Shown here: one piece after another, positions 14,209 through 26,689 of the stretch
Position numbering within the stretch: the first letter of the stretch is position 1
Layout of the letters: each line of letters starts with the position of its first letter
Source of the DNA: Eledone cirrhosa
Taxonomy: Eukaryota
DNA length: 64,000 bases
Direction of reading: 5' to 3'
Assembly: GCA_964016885.1 (NCBI GenBank)
Contig: OZ024742.1
Span: forward strand, 210,862,001-210,926,000
The notes under the pieces: generated by a model
Databases searched by the model: none
Told to the model about the DNA's origin: nothing
Seen by the model: the letters and a program-made list of their open reading frames with translations, nothing else
Translations under genes and position numbers: made by a program

Positions 14209-14641
14209 TTACTTTGAATAAATAATGAATGAATATTACCTAATTTATGTACTAAATTTCGTAACTCTTGATTAAATATAAATAATTTTATTGCTTATTT
14301 AAAGATTCACTTCTTTAAAATTTTCAAATATCAACACTTCCGGTTAGCGCCTGTTATATTATAAAACTTATTATATCGCATATATTTCCGTCGCTAATTT
14401 TCTCCTAATGCAGTTTATATATAATATCATCTTTTTTAAATGTATCATGGATTACTTTACTGATTGCAAAAGAGAGTGTAACACAGACTCTCTTCAATTT
14501 CTGTGGATATTGTCAATTACGATTTTATTTGACATATCATATCTATATGCATGTTTCATCATCATCATCATTTTACGTCTGCTATTCCCTGTTAAATGTC
14601 TAACTCTCTAATGCTCATAACATAATCCCTTCTCTGTGTTT

Positions 14642-16178
14642 CATCATCATCATCATTCTACGTCCGCTTTTCCCTGCTTGCAAGGGTGGGACGGGTCTTA
14701 TTCAGCACAGCATCTCTCCACTTGTCACGGTCCTTCGTCATCTCCACCGTGAGCTTCAGCGATCTGAGGTCTGTTCTCACCACCTCCGCCCATGTTTTTC
14801 GTGGTCTACCTCTACCACGTCTTCCTTCAACTGGCATTTCCTGGCACTTCTTCACCCATCGGTCATCCTCCATGCGCATCACATATCCATACCACCGCAG
14901 TCTCCTCTCTCGTACACTACATTCTATCCCTCTCAGACACAGTTTCTCTCTCAACACATCCATGCTGGGTTGTTAACGCACATTGACATTACACATCCAA
15001 CGGAGTATGCTTGCTCATTTCTCTCCAGCCATTGCATATCCTCTGCAGTTTCTGCCCATGTCTCACTACCATGCAGCATATAACCGGCCTTTCGTACGCA
15101 AGGAGAAACCCTTCTTCGTCAGCAGAGGAAGCAGTTCCCTAAACTTCTTCCAACCCGTCCTTATTCTAGATACTATGGCCTCAGAACACCCCCCCCCCCT
15201 CCCATGCTAATCTGATCACCTAGGTACTGGTAGCTATCAACCACTTCTATAGAACCTACCTGCATTTGAAAAATGTGTCTATCAATGCGACTTCTACTGT
15301 CAAATTTCCCTGTACATCTACTGCATTCGTATTTTTCCCTACCTGTTAGTTTGCCTGCTATCCCACTACATCTCTTGTGTACCCAAGATCTGCATTGTGT
15401 ACATTTTATAGAATTTATGCCAGTTTCTTTTCTGCATATCGAACATGGCCATCTCCCTGACGGAATCAGAGTTTTGTCCTCTTTTCTACTTATCAACACT
15501 TTTGTCTTAGCTAGGTTCACTCTCAGTCCTCTTAATTCCAACTGCTGTTTCCATAGCCAGAATTTATTCTCTAGCTCCTCTACTGATTCTGCTATAAGAA
15601 CCAGATCATCAGCATAGAGAAGTTCCCATGGGCAGCCAGTCTTAATCTCCTATTATGGCTTGGAGGACTATAATGAACTAGAGCGGGCTGAGGACTGACC
15701 CCTGATATACTCCTACTTGTACCTGGAATTCCTCACTAAACTCCATTCCTACCCTCACATTACTGACAGCACCTATGTACAAAGCTTGCACTGTCCTTAC
15801 AAGCCATTCCTCAACACCTAGTTTCCTTAAGGACCACCAAATGACAGATCGGGGTACCCTATCAAAGCCCTCTCTAGGTCAACATCTAAGTATAGTGGCT
15901 TATTCTTCTCTAAGAACCTCTCTTGTAGTTGTCTCACTAAGAAGAGGGCATCTGTTGTACTTTTCCGAGGCACAAAACCAAACTGCATCTCATCTAGTTT
16001 GACCCTTTCTCTAATTAGTTACGCTAATATCCTTTCTGCCACTTTCATAACTTAATCAGTTTTATGCCTCTATAATTGCTCCTCTCCAGAGCATCCCCTT
16101 TACCTTTGTAGCAATTTATGAGAATACTGCTGCACCAGTCTTTGGATATGACACCACCATATATAGCTTGATTGGTGA
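14642..16178 (-). mobile_element. 5'-truncated RTE LINE (family A, PHD-in-RT), frameshifted
   Basis: RT motifs (LLYADDLVL, YQYLGD), C4HC3 cysteine cluster, RRLRWYG and (ATG)n tail; highly similar to 21250-22968. Confidence 0.9.
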
Positions 16179-16884
16179 TATATATTTGCGTATAATATCA
16201 ATATCACACTACACATGCTAGCAGAAAACCACCCAAAGGGGGGTTTTTCTGCTAGTATTTCTAATAATTTTTTCTTCTGTATTCTAAGAAAGGTGGAATT
16301 TGTTCTTGCTAAAGAGATGTGTTTCTCTGATTCTAGTGCTTAAAATACCATTTATATTTTGTTGATTTTATAAAGGAAGTTTATAATGTAAATCCCAGTA
16401 AGAATTTAGTATAATTTAGTATTTAGTAGAATTTAGCATAAATCAAAGTTATGAGGTTTGTTATTAGAACACTATATTCATAAGTAAAATATCAAAGTTT
16501 GTTATTAAAGTTAAATTTGTGTCTGGTTAATAAGAACTAAGTTATCTTCTAACTTATCTTATAAATTCTTTAATCTACCTGCATTGCGTGGTGTTGAAAA
16601 ACATAATTCTCATATCTAAGGTGAAAAGTGAATTTTTTTTTGACATAGTTGAAGATGTGCTTTACCAGATGTCACACAATAGTTAACACAAGTGAAACTT
16701 AGCAGACAGCTCAGCTAAATCCTTCAATTTAGACATGCATTTGATCCAAGCAGGATTTGAACAGTCCATCAGTCATATAGCAAATAAAAAAATGTTCTTA
16801 AAACATAGGAGGTAGGAATAGATGATATACAGTCTTTGATAGAATTGGTAGAGCTTCAAACAAAATACCTGTCATTATTTGGTT

Positions 16885-17690
16885 GTGGATTGGCAGTATC
16901 GGTAGAGGGTCGGACGCCATGCTTTGACGCATAGAGTTACGGCCCTTGCCATTCTGAGTTCAAATCCCGCCGAGGTTAACTTTGCCTTTCATCCTTATGG
17001 GGTCGATAAAATAAAGTACCAGTAATACACTGGGTAATTGCTGGCCTTGTGCCAAAAGTAGAAACAATTATTTGGTTATGCACGATCTGAGTTCAAATCC
17101 TGCCGAGGTTAACTTTGCCTTTCATCCTTACGGGGTCGATAAAATAAAGTACCAGTAATACACTGGGTAATTGCTGGCCTTGTGCCAAAAGTAGAAACAA
17201 TTATTTGGTTGTGTCAGGGCGGTGGATTGGCAGTATCGGTAGAGGGTCGGACGCCATGCTTTGCAGCATAGAGTTACGGCTCTTTATGATCTGAGCTCAA
17301 ATCCCGCCGAGGTTAACTTTGCCTTTCATCCTTATGGGCTCGATAAAATAAAGTACCAGTCACGCACTGGGGTCGATTTAATCGACTTTCCCCCCCCCCC
17401 CCCCAAATTACTGGCCTTGTGCCTATATAAGAAACCATTATTTGGTTATGTCAGGGCGGTAGATTGGCAGTATCAGTAGAGGGTCTGACGCCATGCTTTA
17501 CAGCATAGAGTTGCGCCACTTTATGATCTGAGTTCAAATCCCGCCGAGGTTAACTTTGCCTTTCATCCTTACGGGGTCGATAAAATAAAGTACCAGTCAC
17601 TTACTGGGATCGATTTAATCGATTTTCCCTTCCCCTTCAAAATTACTGGCCGTGTGACTAAACTAGAAACAATTCTTTGGTTATGTCATT
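16885..17690 (+). mobile_element. Tandem array of four family-A SINEs inside an older SINE
   Basis: Units at about 16885, 17081, 17217 and 17453, separated by ATTATTTGGTT(A/G)TG(TCA). Confidence 0.9.
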
Positions 17691-18934
17691 TCACATTTTG
17701 AATTCAATTCCTCTCCAGGTCAAATATCATCCTTCAGAGACCAATAAAATAAGCACTGGTGGGGGTGGGGTGGAGACAGCATGGCCAGAGTTCAATTACC
17801 AAAACCATTAAAATAAAAAAAAATAGTAATTTGTTTGGGTTGAAATACTAATAAATTAGATCTATTTTTAGAAGTGTTGAGTGGTTATGAATTTTATGGA
17901 ATTTAACTTAGAGTGAAAACATTCACCCCAATTTATTTCTTTACTATGAAAAATAATCTAACTAGTTGGGCATACAAGCCCATGGAGATGGAAAAAGTGG
18001 ACAGCATCAACCACAGGCCCAGTTAGGTATATATTTAAAAAAATGTGTGTTGAAACTCAACAGTTAAATTCAATTGCAATTGATAAAAACACTTCCAACA
18101 TCTAACAAATTTAGAAAACTACCAACTGTATCCAAATCAACAAGATCCCAGACCTCATTCACTTACTGAGTGGAGTGGAACTAGTCATCGATCGCAGCTC
18201 CTGAAAGAAAGAACAACGTGAAATAATGTGTCTTGCTCAAGGACATAATGCATTGCCCCAGCTTGGGAATCCAACTCACAAGCTCACAGTTGTGAATCTA
18301 ACTCTCTAACCATTAAGCCACATTCACAACTGTAACTCTTGAACTTATAATTTGATGGAATATAGGGGGGGGAGGGTCATGTAATATGTAAGCAGTGTTC
18401 ATTTAGATGTGACAATAGACATCAACTCTCAATGCCCTGTACCACATGACACCACATTAGCAAGACATTCTTGAAAAGTACAAAACAGCACTATGACTGT
18501 CAAATTAAAAATTGAAGTTGGTGCCCTACTATTGCAGATTTTCACAACAATCAGTTCACATTAGCAAAGATACTTTAAACATTTAAATTAAAAAAACACA
18601 TTTTTAGATATTTTTCTGCCTCAGAAAGTTAAGAATTAAGTACACAAATCAAGGTGTTCCTGGTTTGTGTACTTTGACAAAGTTATAAAAATAACAGGAA
18701 AAAAGTTGCTGAGTGCTTTAGTTTGTATGGGTACCCCATTATCATCATCATCATTATCTATCCAATTTTCATACTGGCATGGGTTCGACGAGTTATTAAG
18801 ATCTGATACTATCAATGGCCTCTCTCTCTCTCCTCCCCCCTTCTTTCTCTCTCTCTCATATATATATATATGTCCCAAGGCTCTGATACCATCAACACTA
18901 TACACACAGAGCTGGCATATCTAAGAACTGACTA

Positions 18935-18990
18935 ACTGCCTGATGAGGTCATAGCCATTCAATGGCTATCATCGAAATATATATAGCAGT
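18935..18990 (+). ncRNA. Minimal type-I hammerhead ribozyme (Penelope-type)
   Basis: ACTGC-CTGATGA-stem II (GGT.ATAGCCATT/AATGGCTAT.ATC)-GAAA-TATATA-TA-GCAGT; stem I is ACTGC/GCAGT; followed by AATAAA. Confidence 0.75.
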
Positions 18991-19820
18991 AAATAAAGGA
19001 TTATGAGTTCATGCAATTGACTTATGTTTCGTCACTATATATATATATATGTATATATTATAATAATTGTTTCTACTTTTGGCACAAGGCCAGCAATTAC
19101 CCAGTGTATTACTGGTACTTTATTTTATCGACCCTGTATAATAATGATAATAACACAAGGACAATTTGTTAAGCCTTCATTACATTTATTGATTGGTGAT
19201 GCACATTTCGCTATTGATCAGCTCAAGGTTCGATCTCCCTGGATATATATTATATATATATATATCATGAAGGTCCTTGATAATTTCAGATCATAACACA
19301 CACACAATGTTAAAAATAAGTGTTTTTAAATACCAAAGTTTTGCCAGTAGTAGTTTATTTAAACTGAATATCTTTTTAATAGGTCACCACTACCAAACCT
19401 TTAAAGACAATGTCAACAAAATTATGGTGTAACATAAACTAGTTTCATTTGTAAATTAAAAAATATCTAGTAATGAACCATTTGCTTTACCTGTAAAAAT
19501 TTCATTTGTTTTGTTGGATAATGTTTAACCTTTTAGGATTTAAACCAGCTGCATCCAGCCAGAATTCTCTCACCTATTTCTCTTGAAACTGGCTGTAACC
19601 AGCTGCTCATAATGATGTTAAGGTATTGTTCTCAAAATAAATAATATGAAAATCTCATTGATTCGATATTATGTGAGGTAATGTTTTTACCATAAAAATA
19701 TAATAGTAAATATAGAGTAACGGAAAATAAAATTAAAACTGAAAATATTTCCACAATTTTATTTATGATATATTAATGACTTTTTATTGTAATCAATTCT
19801 CTTTCATTTCCTGTTTGCAG

Positions 19821-19993
19821 CACAAATGCGTTCTTTGCGGCTGTTTTACAATGACCGAGAATGTACACGGGGTCAAGTTGTGATTGCAAGCCGAGAAAGC
19901 CAATATAAAATATTACATTTCCATCACAGTGGACTGGACAAATTAGCTTCAATATTTGAAGATTGGAACCTGTTTGCAAATGCAAGAGAAAGG
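19821..19993 (+). CDS. TBC1D16: TBC1 domain family member 16, internal exon (PH-like region)
   Basis: ttgcag acceptor and AGG|gtatga donor; QMRSLRLFYNDRECTRGQVVIASRESQYKILHFHHSGLDKLASIFEDW matches TBC1D16. Confidence 0.9.
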
Positions 19994-20042
19994 GTATGAA
20001 TCCTGATAAAAGAACATTTTATCTTTTGATCTTTCAATTTTT

Positions 20043-20326
20043 AAAACTAGACATTTTTTCAACACACTGACACGTATGTGTGTATATAGATTGTACGCAC
20101 AAGTGTAGTGAATGTTAGACGCTGTTTTCTATAGTTTGTCATCACCGCTGCCTTCCTCAGTCATCTCTAGTGTGTGACGTCATCACCCCTTCCTCAGTCA
20201 ACTCTTGTGCGTGATGTCATCACCCCTTCCTTCCTCAATCATCTCTTGTACATGACATCAGCACCCCTTTCTTCCTCAGTGTGTGACATAACGACGGACG
20301 GAAGTCGCTCAAATTTATATATAGAT
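20043..20326 (+). mobile_element. Probable DINE/HINE-like non-autonomous element with four internal ~35-40-bp tandem units
   Basis: Begins AAAACTAG and ends ACGGACGG...TTATATATAGAT; units CATCACCCCTTCCTCAGTCA..GTGTGACGT; similar architecture at 28731-29025. Confidence 0.4.
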
Positions 20327-20510
20327 TAAGAGTTTGTTTTACACACACACTCCTTTCCTCCACATCCCTCTCCCTCCCCCACCACCACCATCAAGGTTGA
20401 TGATGACATTTGCCATTTCCTTTTCGTGGAATTACAAGACCTATTGACTCAACTGCCATATGCCTGTTTCAGCTTGCAGTGACCTGGTCACAGTAAAACT
20501 TAAACACACT

Positions 20511-20542
<32 letters not shown>

Positions 20543-21003
20543 GCTTGGGTAAGTGTCTTCTACTATAACCTCAGGTTTACCAAAGCCTTCTTAGTAGAAT
20601 CTGATAGACAGAAACTACAGAAGCCTGTAGAACACCTACTACATCAGCCACTTCACCTCACAGAGCTCCTTCTTCAAGTTGGATGCACTCCTCCAATGTT
20701 GCTGAGGAAAATGGTAGTTTAGGGACCGAGGACACCAAAGGTCTTGATGGTGACCAGCACAAAAAGGAAACGGTTGGTCAAGTCCCAGTATTTAGTTATC
20801 TTCCTTTCCTTCAGGTGGTAATGCCTGGGTTTGTAGTCAAAGCAACAAGGTTAAAAGTAGAGAACAGCTCACAGTACATGGTGTCCCATATTAGAGATTT
20901 ATCTTGATGTGTATTTCTAACATAGTAAGTATTCCTGTTCATTATTTCATAAATGTATTCCATTCTTTATAATTGTTGTTTTGAAATTACAAATTGTTTG
21001 TAG

Positions 21004-21168
21004 CGTAAAGATGAATCACCTTATCGCCAGTTTTTGATTGTCCAACCTACATTAATGGACAGTCAGTGCCATCCAGAAGAAGGTGTTTATGGTTTAGTTA
21101 CAGAAGAAATTTGGCAGCAGCATATGAATATTGACGGTCAAATAGAAGATGATTTTCAACTCAGAAAG
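21004..21168 (+). CDS. TBC1D16: TBC1D16 exon
   Basis: tgtag|CGT...AAG|gtaaac; RKDESPYRQF...HPEEGVY...WQQHMNIDGQIEDDFQLRK, phase 0/0. Confidence 0.9.
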
Positions 21169-21249
21169 GTAAACCTCTCCTTTTAACATAAAAAAGTTAA
21201 TATTTTAATTATTATCGTTTATATTTTAATTATTATCATTATTCATTAC

Positions 21250-22968
21250 CCTCAGTAGATCCAACAGAGGGGCCAGCTATTGAGATTGACGAATGTAGGG
21301 TCCAAGAGGCGATTAAGGAAATGAAAAATGGTAAGGCTGCTGGACCATCGGGGATAGTTGCTGAGATGCTGAAGGTATCAGGGGACGTAGGCACTAAACT
21401 GCATCATCAATCAAGCATGCATCATCAATCAGGCTACATATGGTGGTGACATACCCAAAGACTGGTGCAGCAGTATTCTCATAAATTGCTACAAAGGTAA
21501 AGGGGATGCTCTGGAGAGGAGCAATAATAAAACTGATGGATCAGGTTATGAGAGTGGCAGAAAGGATATTAGCACAACTAATTAGAGAAAGGGTCAAACT
21601 AGATGAGATGCAGTTTGGTTTTGTGCCTGGCAAGAGTACAACAGATGCCCTCTTCTTGGTGAGACAATTACAAGAGAGGTTCTTAGAGAAAAATAAGCCA
21701 CTATACTTAGCCTTTGTTGACCTAGAGAAGGCTTTGATAGGGTACCCCGATCTGTTATCTGGTGGTCCCTAAGGAAACTAGGTGTTGAGGAATGGCTTGT
21801 GAGGATAGTGCAAACTTTGTACAGAGGTGCTGTCAGTAAAGTCAGGGTAGGAATGGAGTTTAGTGAGGAATTCCAGATACAAGTAGGAGTACATCAAAGT
21901 TCGGTCCTCAGCCCGCTCCTGTTCATTATAGTCCTCCAAGCTATAACAGAGGAGTTTAACACTGCCTGTCCATGGGAACTTCTCTATGCTGATGATCTGG
22001 TTCTTATAGCAGAATCAGTAGAGGAGCTAGAGAATAAATTCTGGCTATGGAAACTGCAGTTGGAAGCAAGAGGACTGAGAGTGAACCTAGCTAAGACAAA
22101 AGTGTTGATGAGTAGAAAAGAGGACAAAACTCTGATTCCGTCAGGGAAATGGCCATGTTCGATATGCAGAAAAGGAACTGGCATAAATTCTATAAAATGC
22201 ACACAATGCAGATCCTGGGTACACAAGATATGTAGCGGGATAGCAGGCAAACTAACAGGTAGGGAAAAATACGTATGCAGTAGATGTACAGGGAAATTTG
22301 ACAGTAGAAGTCGCATTGATAGACACATTTTTCAAATGCAGGCGGGTGCTATAGAAGTGGTGGATAGCTTCCGGTACCTAGGAGATCAGATTAGCATGGG
22401 ATGAGGGTGTTCCGAGGCCATAGTATCTAGAATAAGGACGGGTTGGAAGAAGTTTAGGGAGCTGCTGACAAAGAAGGGTTTCTCTCTGTGTACGAAAGGC
22501 CGGTTATATGATGCCTGTGTGAGGAGCGCGATGCTGCATGGTAGTGAGACATGGGCAGCAACTGCAGAGGATATGCGATGGCTGGAGAGAAATGAGGCAA
22601 GCATGCTCCATTGGATGTGCAGTGTAAATGTGCGTGAACGACCCAACATGAATGTGTTGAGAGAGAAACTGTGTCTGAGAGGGATAGAATGTAGTGTGCG
22701 AGAGAGGAGACTGAGGTGGTATGGACACGTGATGTGCATGGAGGATAACCGATGGGTGAAGAAATGCCAGGAAATGCCAGTTGAAGGAAGACGTGGTAGA
22801 GGTAGACCACGAAAAACATGGGTAGAGGTGGTGAGAACAGACCTCAGATCGCTGAAGCTCACGGTGGAGATGGCGAAGGACCGTGACAAGTGGAGAGATG
22901 CTGTGCTGAATAAGACCCGTCCCACCCTTGCAAGCAGGGTAGAGCGGATGTAAAATGATGATGATGAT
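21250..22968 (+). mobile_element. 5'-truncated RTE LINE (family A, PHD-in-RT), frameshifted
   Basis: QFGFVPGKSTTDA, FVDLEKA, GVHQSSVLSP, LYADDLVL, PHD cysteines, FRYLGD and (ATG)n tail. Confidence 0.92.
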
Positions 22969-23522
22969 GTTTCTACTTTTGGCACAAGGCCAGCAAATAC
23001 CCCAGTACATTACTGGTGCTTTATTTTACGACCTCGTAAGGATGAAAGGCAAAGTTAACCTCGGTGTGATTTGAACTCAGAATGTAAAGGGCGATAACTC
23101 TGTGTTGCAAATAATGGTGCCTGATATTTTACCGATACTGCCAATATTGTGTATAGTGCTCAGGTGCACTACAACTTATCAAAGGTGCGTGTATAGTACA
23201 TAGAGTAATGTACAAATGTCAGGAAAGTGAACAGTGTATGAGTCATGATATACACCCAGATACATGCATGTGTGTGTGTGGGGGGGATATCAGGTGTAGT
23301 GTTGGCGAATTTCGGGAAACATGAAAGTGAAGTGAGTCTGTTTCAAATGGACTACAATATAAGATGGAAGTGTTTATTTAAATTTCACTTCTCTTTATCC
23401 TGTGGAACATCCACATTCACCAAGCTTTCTTGGCACATTACAGGGGTGCTTTGCCATTGCTGTCTTCTGGAGGTCAGGTTTTTTTCCTACAAGAGTAATT
23501 AAGCTAAATACTTATTTGCAGC

Positions 23523-23872
23523 TAGGCGTCACGCAGTAATACAGAAGACCTGACTGTCCACTGGAACAAGCCGAAGCATATAGGCAATACGCCCCCATCC
23601 CCTCCCACTGCAAAGTGGTCATGGAGGTGTCACAACAAAAAAAGCACCCAGACCACACTGTAAAGTGGACGTGTAGGCGCCATGGAAAAAAGCACCCAGC
23701 ACGCACTGTAAATGAGGTTGGTGTTAGGAAGGGCATCCAGCTGTAGAAATCAAGCCAAAATCAGTTCCCGTATGAGCAAGAATAGGTCAGCCGACCTAAC
23801 ATTGCCACAACAGGAGAACCCGTCTAACCCATGCTAGCATGGAAGAATCGACATAAAACAGTGATGATGATG
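23523..23872 (+). mobile_element. 3' end of an RTE family B LINE
   Basis: Matches the reverse complement of 10248-10590 and ends in (ATG)n. Confidence 0.75.
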
Positions 23873-24111
23873 AGACTACTGAGAGTTAGTGACATAGCCC
23901 TGACAAGGTAATGCCATGTAAAGGACAAAGTATCATGCGATCAGATCAAACATAAAACCACGTCTTTTTCTGTTCACTCCCAATCGTGCATCATTTTGAT
24001 TCTGAAACACATTTTCAGTTTTCATCTAACAATTCATCTCACATCTTCTTAAGACTAATTTTATCTTAGTTTGGATAGCAGTATATATATATATTTATAT
24101 GTATCACTACC

Positions 24112-24316
24112 TTAACCCTTTAGCATTTACATTAATCTATATTTACTATTGTATTTTTATGGTAAAACCATTACCTCACATAATATCAAATCTATGAGAT
24201 TTTGATATTATTTATTTTGAGAACAATACCTTAACATCGGTATGAGCAGCCAGTTTGAACAGAAAGAGTTGAGAGAAATCTGGCCAAATATGGCCGGTTT
24301 AAATGCTAAAGGGTTC
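24112..24316 (-). mobile_element. piggyBac-type MITE; other copies at about 19526-19730, 31421-31620, 37090-37290 and 38980-39203
   Basis: TTAACCCTTTAGCATTTA...TAAATGCTAAAGGG termini and shared internal sequence. Confidence 0.75.
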
Positions 24317-24565
24317 ATTTATACTCCATTCAAAATAGCTAGGTGGATAATAGTAATGATGAGTTTACATCATTTCAGGCCTCATTCATCATTGCCTATG
24401 TTTATCTAGCTAGAATACAAGGAGCAGGCTTTTACTACAATACCTTAGTATCCTATTTAGCAGAGAAATTATTTCATGTCCACTTAAACTTATACTGGCC
24501 CTACAGAAATTGGGGTTTTAGAAAAGGACTAACCACTATTAATTTCCATTATCATTCACAGTTTT

Positions 24566-24790
24566 AGGGTGGTGGATTGTTAGTATCGGTAGAGCGTCAG
24601 ACACCATGCTTTGCGGCATAGAGTTATGGCCCTTTGTATTCTGAATTCAAATACCGCCGAGGTTAGCTTTGCCGTTCATCCTTAAAGGGTCGATAAAACA
24701 AAGCACCAGTAACGTTCTGGGGTCAACTTAATCGACTTCTCCTCCTCCCAAAATTGCTGGCCTTGTGCTTAAATCAGAAACTATTATTAT
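24566..24790 (+). mobile_element. Family-A SINE
   Basis: Full consensus match with (ATT)n tail. Confidence 0.85.
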
Positions 24791-25675
24791 TCACAGCTTA
24801 CAAAATCTAAATGATATTAAATATCTACACCAGTACATTTTTTACCTGGATATATTAGACAAAGTCATTTATTCAATTTTTTTTCACTATGCCTAATGAG
24901 TTAAACCTTTTAAGACCAGCATGCCTCAAGCTATCTCTAGCTCTATGAAACTAAACCACCCATTTTAAAGGATTCCTATTTTAATTAAAATCTTCCAAAA
25001 TAATTTTCTATAAGAACCATTTGTTATAAATATTAACATCATCACCATTTAATGTATATGTCCATGCTTGCATGGGTTAGATGGGTTGTCATGTTATGAG
25101 TTTAGCCAGATCAGGTGACCACATCTTTCTCATACAAATTTGTTTTGGGCTTGATTTTCTATGGTTGGATGCCCTTCCTCATGTCAGCCACATTACTGGG
25201 AACCTTTTTCATGGCACCACCACTACCATTTTACAGTGTGGACTGGGTGCTTTTCGTCATGGCACCAGGATAACCATCTGACAGAGTGGACTGGGTGCTT
25301 TTTGTTGTGGCACCAGTATGACCACCTTACTATTTTAATAATGAAATGATTAATAATATTAGTATATCCCTACAAAGTCTTCATTGATTAATTCAATTTT
25401 CCAGTGTACTTCATTAGAAATATGGTAATGAAAATGGTAATCTTCTATATCTGACAGTTCTAACTCAATTCATGTGTTGTTGTATCTTACTACCTTTCTC
25501 TAACATTTATGTTATTGTCATGAATGTTTAAGTAAACATTCTCATTATTCTTTTACATTTTCTTGTTTATGCCTATATAATATTGTAATAATTTAAAGTA
25601 TTGTTAAATAATACTAATTATCTGTAACATGCTAACATTGTTGTTTTCTTTGGTCGTTTTTTTCCGTTTTTCCAG

Positions 25676-25824
25676 GCAATATTCTTTGGTGGTGTTGAAG
25701 CTAATTTAAGACATGAAGCATGGCCTTTCTTATTACATTATTATCCTTTTGATTCTACATTTTTGGATCGGGAACATATAAGAAATGACAAATTTATTCA
25801 GTATCAAGATATACGTAAACTCAG
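25676..25824 (+). CDS. TBC1D16: TBC1D16 exon (start of the Rab-GAP TBC domain)
   Basis: tccag|GCA...AG|gtatgt; AIFFGGVEANLRHEAWPFLLHYYPFDST. Confidence 0.93.
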
Positions 25825-26490
25825 GTATGTATACATACATACACACACATATATATATATGTAATTACCGTCATAAAGTTAGAAAATATTTAATTGAAGA
25901 CTACCTTTGGTTTCATACAAAACCTTTCATTTTAAAATGTTTATAACCAAATTAAAACCTCTCTTCACAATTTTATATAAAACCCTTTTTCTTAAGTTAT
26001 GTTTCTAACATCTACTTAATAATGACAAAGTTAGTTATTTTACTAAACTGTTCCAAAAGTTTCGATTAGTTTCAAAATCCTCCTCATCATCATCATCATC
26101 AGATGATGATGATGATAAAGCAGTGCATTTCATTAGAAAAAGTGTAACAAAAAGATCAAGATTTATCTCCCCTTCAAGTGATACAAGTCTGTCAGCAAAC
26201 AATTATATTTCCAACAAGCTATATATAAGATGGTTTGAAAGAAGTTAATTACATTGGGTCATGACAAGCAGAAGCTCAAATTAATCAGTTGGATTTATCA
26301 ATCCCTATAGCATCAATAATAAGGAAAAGAAAATATAAATCCTTCTATATTTGTGTTGTTGTTGTTCTGGTTCTTTTTTGTTTCATTTGTTTTTGCTAGG
26401 GTGTATTTCATTCAGTGTAATGTGTTTTATTGCAACTTTATAAAGATGGTAGGCTGTGATTATTTCAAGTGACTATATGATTTTTATCAG

Positions 26491-26625
26491 AGAAACCATG
26501 AGTGAAGAGGAATACCGTGACTTCTGGCGAAATATTCAATGTACTGTAGAAAAAGATGTTGTTCGGACAGATCGTAGTCATCCTTATTTCAAGGGAGAAA
26601 ATAATCCAAATATTGAGATTTTAAA
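26491..26625 (+). CDS. TBC1D16: TBC1D16 exon with the catalytic arginine-finger motif
   Basis: atcag|A...AA|gtaagt; FWRNIQCTVEKDVVRTDRSHPYF (IxxDxxR-type motif). Confidence 0.95.
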
Positions 26626-26689
26626 GTAAGTTTTTTTTTCCTCAAATTATAATTGTTTTGCTTTCAAAAATCATTGTATTTTTACCATG

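Larger units (their letters stand above)
13926..16255 (+). mobile_element. Non-autonomous Helitron-like element hosting a nested SINE and an RTE LINE
   Basis: Starts A|TCTTAACTATAATAAAAG; ends with the hairpin CTAGCAGAAAACCACCC..GGGGGTTTTTCTGCTAG|T. Confidence 0.55.

Noticed and set aside
16885-17690. Repeat-spacer appearance resembling a CRISPR array
   Set aside because: The units are SINE copies in eukaryotic DNA; there are no unique spacers or cas genes
1-19820. Upstream TBC1D16 exons
   Set aside because: None could be recognised; the N-terminal exons probably lie before the window or are too diverged to see
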